This document shows, piece by piece, positions 61,630-64,000 of a stretch of 64,000 nucleotides of DNA (the first letter of the stretch is position 1; each line of letters begins with the position of its first letter). A program made the translations under genes and the position numbers. This DNA comes from Halarcobacter sp. Lineage in GTDB: Bacteria; Campylobacterota; Campylobacteria; Campylobacterales; Arcobacteraceae. Under the pieces are notes generated by a model, which did no database searches, had not been told where the DNA came from, and worked only from the letters and a program-made list of their open reading frames with translations. The stretch lies in the NCBI GenBank assembly GCA_048571215.1, contig CP182352.1:1344001-1408000 (forward strand), written 5' to 3'.

Positions 61630-62823
61630 TTAAAGTATATTATTAAATAAAATAAACATACCCCAAGCAAAATAAATAACCATCCATGTCACCATAATAG
61701 TAAGAGTATAATTACCCAGTCTAGTTACAGCTACATCTTTTGAACCATCAAATACACCTTGATTTTTCCCAACTTTCCATGCCATAGTTAAAAGATAAGC
61801 TACACCTACCCCACCCAGGATTAAGAATGTTGATAAAAACATTATAATTGAAGGTAATTCAAGATTCACAGGATAATCATACACATTATATCCTAGATTA
61901 TTCATTAAATTAAATCTTATTAGTTCTCTCATAGCAGAGATTAATAATGCAACTACTACTAATACACCAGTTGTGATATAACTATTACTATTTTTATATA
62001 CAAATAAAAGTAAAACTACCACACCAGCTATAATAGCAAGTGATAAAGGATTTAATAAATACCCTTCTTGTAACATCCAAAGTACAAAAGCAACTGCACT
62101 GATTAGTAAACCAACTACACCTAATTTTGTCCCTAAAGATGCTGTATAATCAACAAATTCAGAACTAAAATCTTTTCTTGTACTCAAAAATCTACTATAG
62201 TTTTGTAAAAATATACCAACAACTGGGATACTTAAACTTACCATAAAAATCAATCTAATTGGATTCATATTAAATGTCCAACCACTGTTATCCACTACAC
62301 CATTTGGTGCATACATATTCATCCACTCATTTGGCATAATAGATGTTACTGCAAAGTTATGCATTAATAATCCTGCAAAAACTAAAATCAAAAATGAGAC
62401 AAACCCAATAAGAGTACCCCCTCCAGCTTTTGCTTTATTTGCATAATAATACCAATAATACATACTATAACCAACAATTAAAGTATAAATAAAAATAAAC
62501 ACCCACATACCAGATAAAGTATTTGTTACATACCAATTAGGGTCATAAATAACCTGTGTAAATAGTAACGGTGCAACACCTAAAACTATAAGTATAGAGA
62601 TACTTATTTTTCCTGTTTGAATTAAATGTGGTGTCATAATTTTCCAATGGGGATCACTATTTTGTTTTAGTGTTCCGAAAAGTGAAAGTCCCATTGAACC
62701 TAAAGCAAGTAAAACAAATGCTGCATGTAATGCCCAAGTTAATACATATAAAACCTGAAATACAATTGGATAAAAAGGAACTCCTGCTGGATCTCTTAAT
62801 GTTAATAATACTGATGCGTCCAT
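61630..62823 (-). CDS. Polytopic membrane protein, partner subunit of the cytochrome bd-like/cytochrome c protein
   Basis: LTWALHAAF (His in TM1), LGVAPLLFTQVIY, M.PNEW, MRELIR; cydA-like topology. Confidence 0.65.
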   Translation of the reverse strand: MDASVLLTLRDPAGVPFYPIVFQVLYVLTWALHAAFVLLALGSMGLSLFGTLKQNSDPHWKIMTPHLIQTGKISISILIVLGVAPLLFTQVIYDPNWYVTNTLSGMWVFIFIYTLIVGYSMYYWYYYANKAKAGGGTLIGFVSFLILVFAGLLMHNFAVTSIMPNEWMNMYAPNGVVDNSGWTFNMNPIRLIFMVSLSIPVVGIFLQNYSRFLSTRKDFSSEFVDYTASLGTKLGVVGLLISAVAFVLWMLQEGYLLNPLSLAIIAGVVVLLLFVYKNSNSYITTGVLVVVALLISAMRELIRFNLMNNLGYNVYDYPVNLELPSIIMFLSTFLILGGVGVAYLLTMAWKVGKNQGVFDGSKDVAVTRLGNYTLTIMVTWMVIYFAWGMFILFNNIL

Positions 62824-62832
62824 AAATTCTCC

Positions 62833-64000
62833 TTAATATTTCAAAGATGCAATATATTCAGCAATTGCATCATATTCATCATCTGGTAATTTCAGTGTTG
62901 GCATATACGGCATTCCACCACTTCCTATAGCATAAAGTATAGATTTTATAGCCTCTTTATCCATACCTTTTAATCTATCTTTTAAAGGTCTATATACACC
63001 TGTTTTTTCAATAGAATGACAATTTGAACATGACATACGAGTTAAAAGTTTTCCAACTTCAAGTTTATTATCTGCTGTAATAACTTTAAGTCTATCAGGA
63101 ACAAAAGGGTTAACTTGTAAAAGACCTTTTTCAGCTATAATTGGTAGCTCACTTTTTATACCTTTTCCTGGTACATCTCTACTAATAATTTGATTTGAAT
63201 AGATATATTGACCTGCAACATATGGTTTTCTCATAGACTCTCTAAGTTTTTCCCCTGGCCAGATTCCTGCAATTAAGATTACAAATATCATTATTCCTGC
63301 CAATGGAGTACTAATAAATCGTGGTTTAACAATTGCAATTAAAAAATAAATAGAAAAAACAATTGTTAAAATAATTCTACTTTGAATAACTGAACCTTTA
63401 GTTATATTAAATACAGCATGTGCATTATCAGGTAAAGTACCCATATACCACATAAAGAAGAACATTACTAAGAATCCACCTAATAAACTTATATATCCCA
63501 TTTTTTTAGTTAACTCTTTAGATAACTCTTCATTATCTTTTTTCATTGCACTTGATATAACAAGTCCAATAACACCTGAAAGCATAATCATAAACCCTAT
63601 TCTTAAGAACATATGTGGGAAAGTATTTGTACCAAAAAAAGCATCACTTGCGCTTCCCGTAGTATAATATGCATCAGTTCCTGGCCACATCATAAAACTA
63701 ATAATACCAATAATTAATGCCAAAGTTCCAACAGAAGCTATAGCAAATGAAAAGGTGAGTTTTAAATGGGTTTTCTTATCGATTTTATCTATAAAATAGA
63801 CTAAAACAAAAACGCCTATAACTTCATAAACAAAAAAGACCCACTCGGTAGCCCACACCCATACAAAGTTGTGAATTAAGGCACTAATACCCCGAGGACT
63901 TGCAGCAGTTGCTGTATACCAAATACCTGGTCCAGTAATTGAACCAATTACATATGAAAAGATCAAAAGAAACATACCGTATTTTTTCATATACGGGTAT
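62833..64000 (-). CDS. Cytochrome bd subunit I-like membrane protein fused to a C-terminal c-type cytochrome (5' end outside the window)
   Basis: GSITGPGIW, WATEWVFFVYE, IISFMMWPG, PHMFLR, EKLRESMRKPY, CSNCH heme motif, MPYMP. Confidence 0.75.
   Translation of the reverse strand, partial: YPYMKKYGMFLLIFSYVIGSITGPGIWYTATAASPRGISALIHNFVWVWATEWVFFVYEVIGVFVLVYFIDKIDKKTHLKLTFSFAIASVGTLALIIGIISFMMWPGTDAYYTTGSASDAFFGTNTFPHMFLRIGFMIMLSGVIGLVISSAMKKDNEELSKELTKKMGYISLLGGFLVMFFFMWYMGTLPDNAHAVFNITKGSVIQSRIILTIVFSIYFLIAIVKPRFISTPLAGIMIFVILIAGIWPGEKLRESMRKPYVAGQYIYSNQIISRDVPGKGIKSELPIIAEKGLLQVNPFVPDRLKVITADNKLEVGKLLTRMSCSNCHSIEKTGVYRPLKDRLKGMDKEAIKSILYAIGSGGMPYMPTLKLPDDEYDAIAEYIASLKY

Overview
Very AT-rich chromosomal window from a Campylobacterota bacterium, most likely Arcobacteraceae. 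This is inferred from the gene order (lolA/secA/lolC-E/asmA-like/mltG/icd/mdh; rsmH-ftsL-like), AAGGA ribosome-binding sites, monomeric Icd and many Cache/GGDEF signalling genes. It is mostly housekeeping, with tRNA-Leu(CAA), tRNA-Thr(TGT) and RNase P RNA. I see no CRISPR array, IS element, integrase or intact prophage. Best candidates for undescribed biology: (1) a compact B12-dependent glutamate mutase operon (S-E-L) joined to an atypical adenylate-forming ligase with no methylaspartate ammonia-lyase, suggesting beta-methylaspartate is activated for biosynthesis rather than fermented; (2) a flavin-dependent halogenase translationally coupled to a phage tail-accessory-like ORF just downstream of glyS; (3) a diguanylate cyclase whose N-terminal domain looks like a degenerate ASCH/PUA domain; (4) a DEAD-box helicase that can only be full length from a non-canonical ATC/ATT start. 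Also present: ovoA (ovothiol), a cytochrome bd-like/cytochrome c pair, an mltC gene split by one in-frame TAA, 5'-overlapping divergent asmA-like/mltG genes, a tandem paralog pair and several small ORFs missed by the ORF track. All family assignments come from reading motifs by eye; no database search was run.
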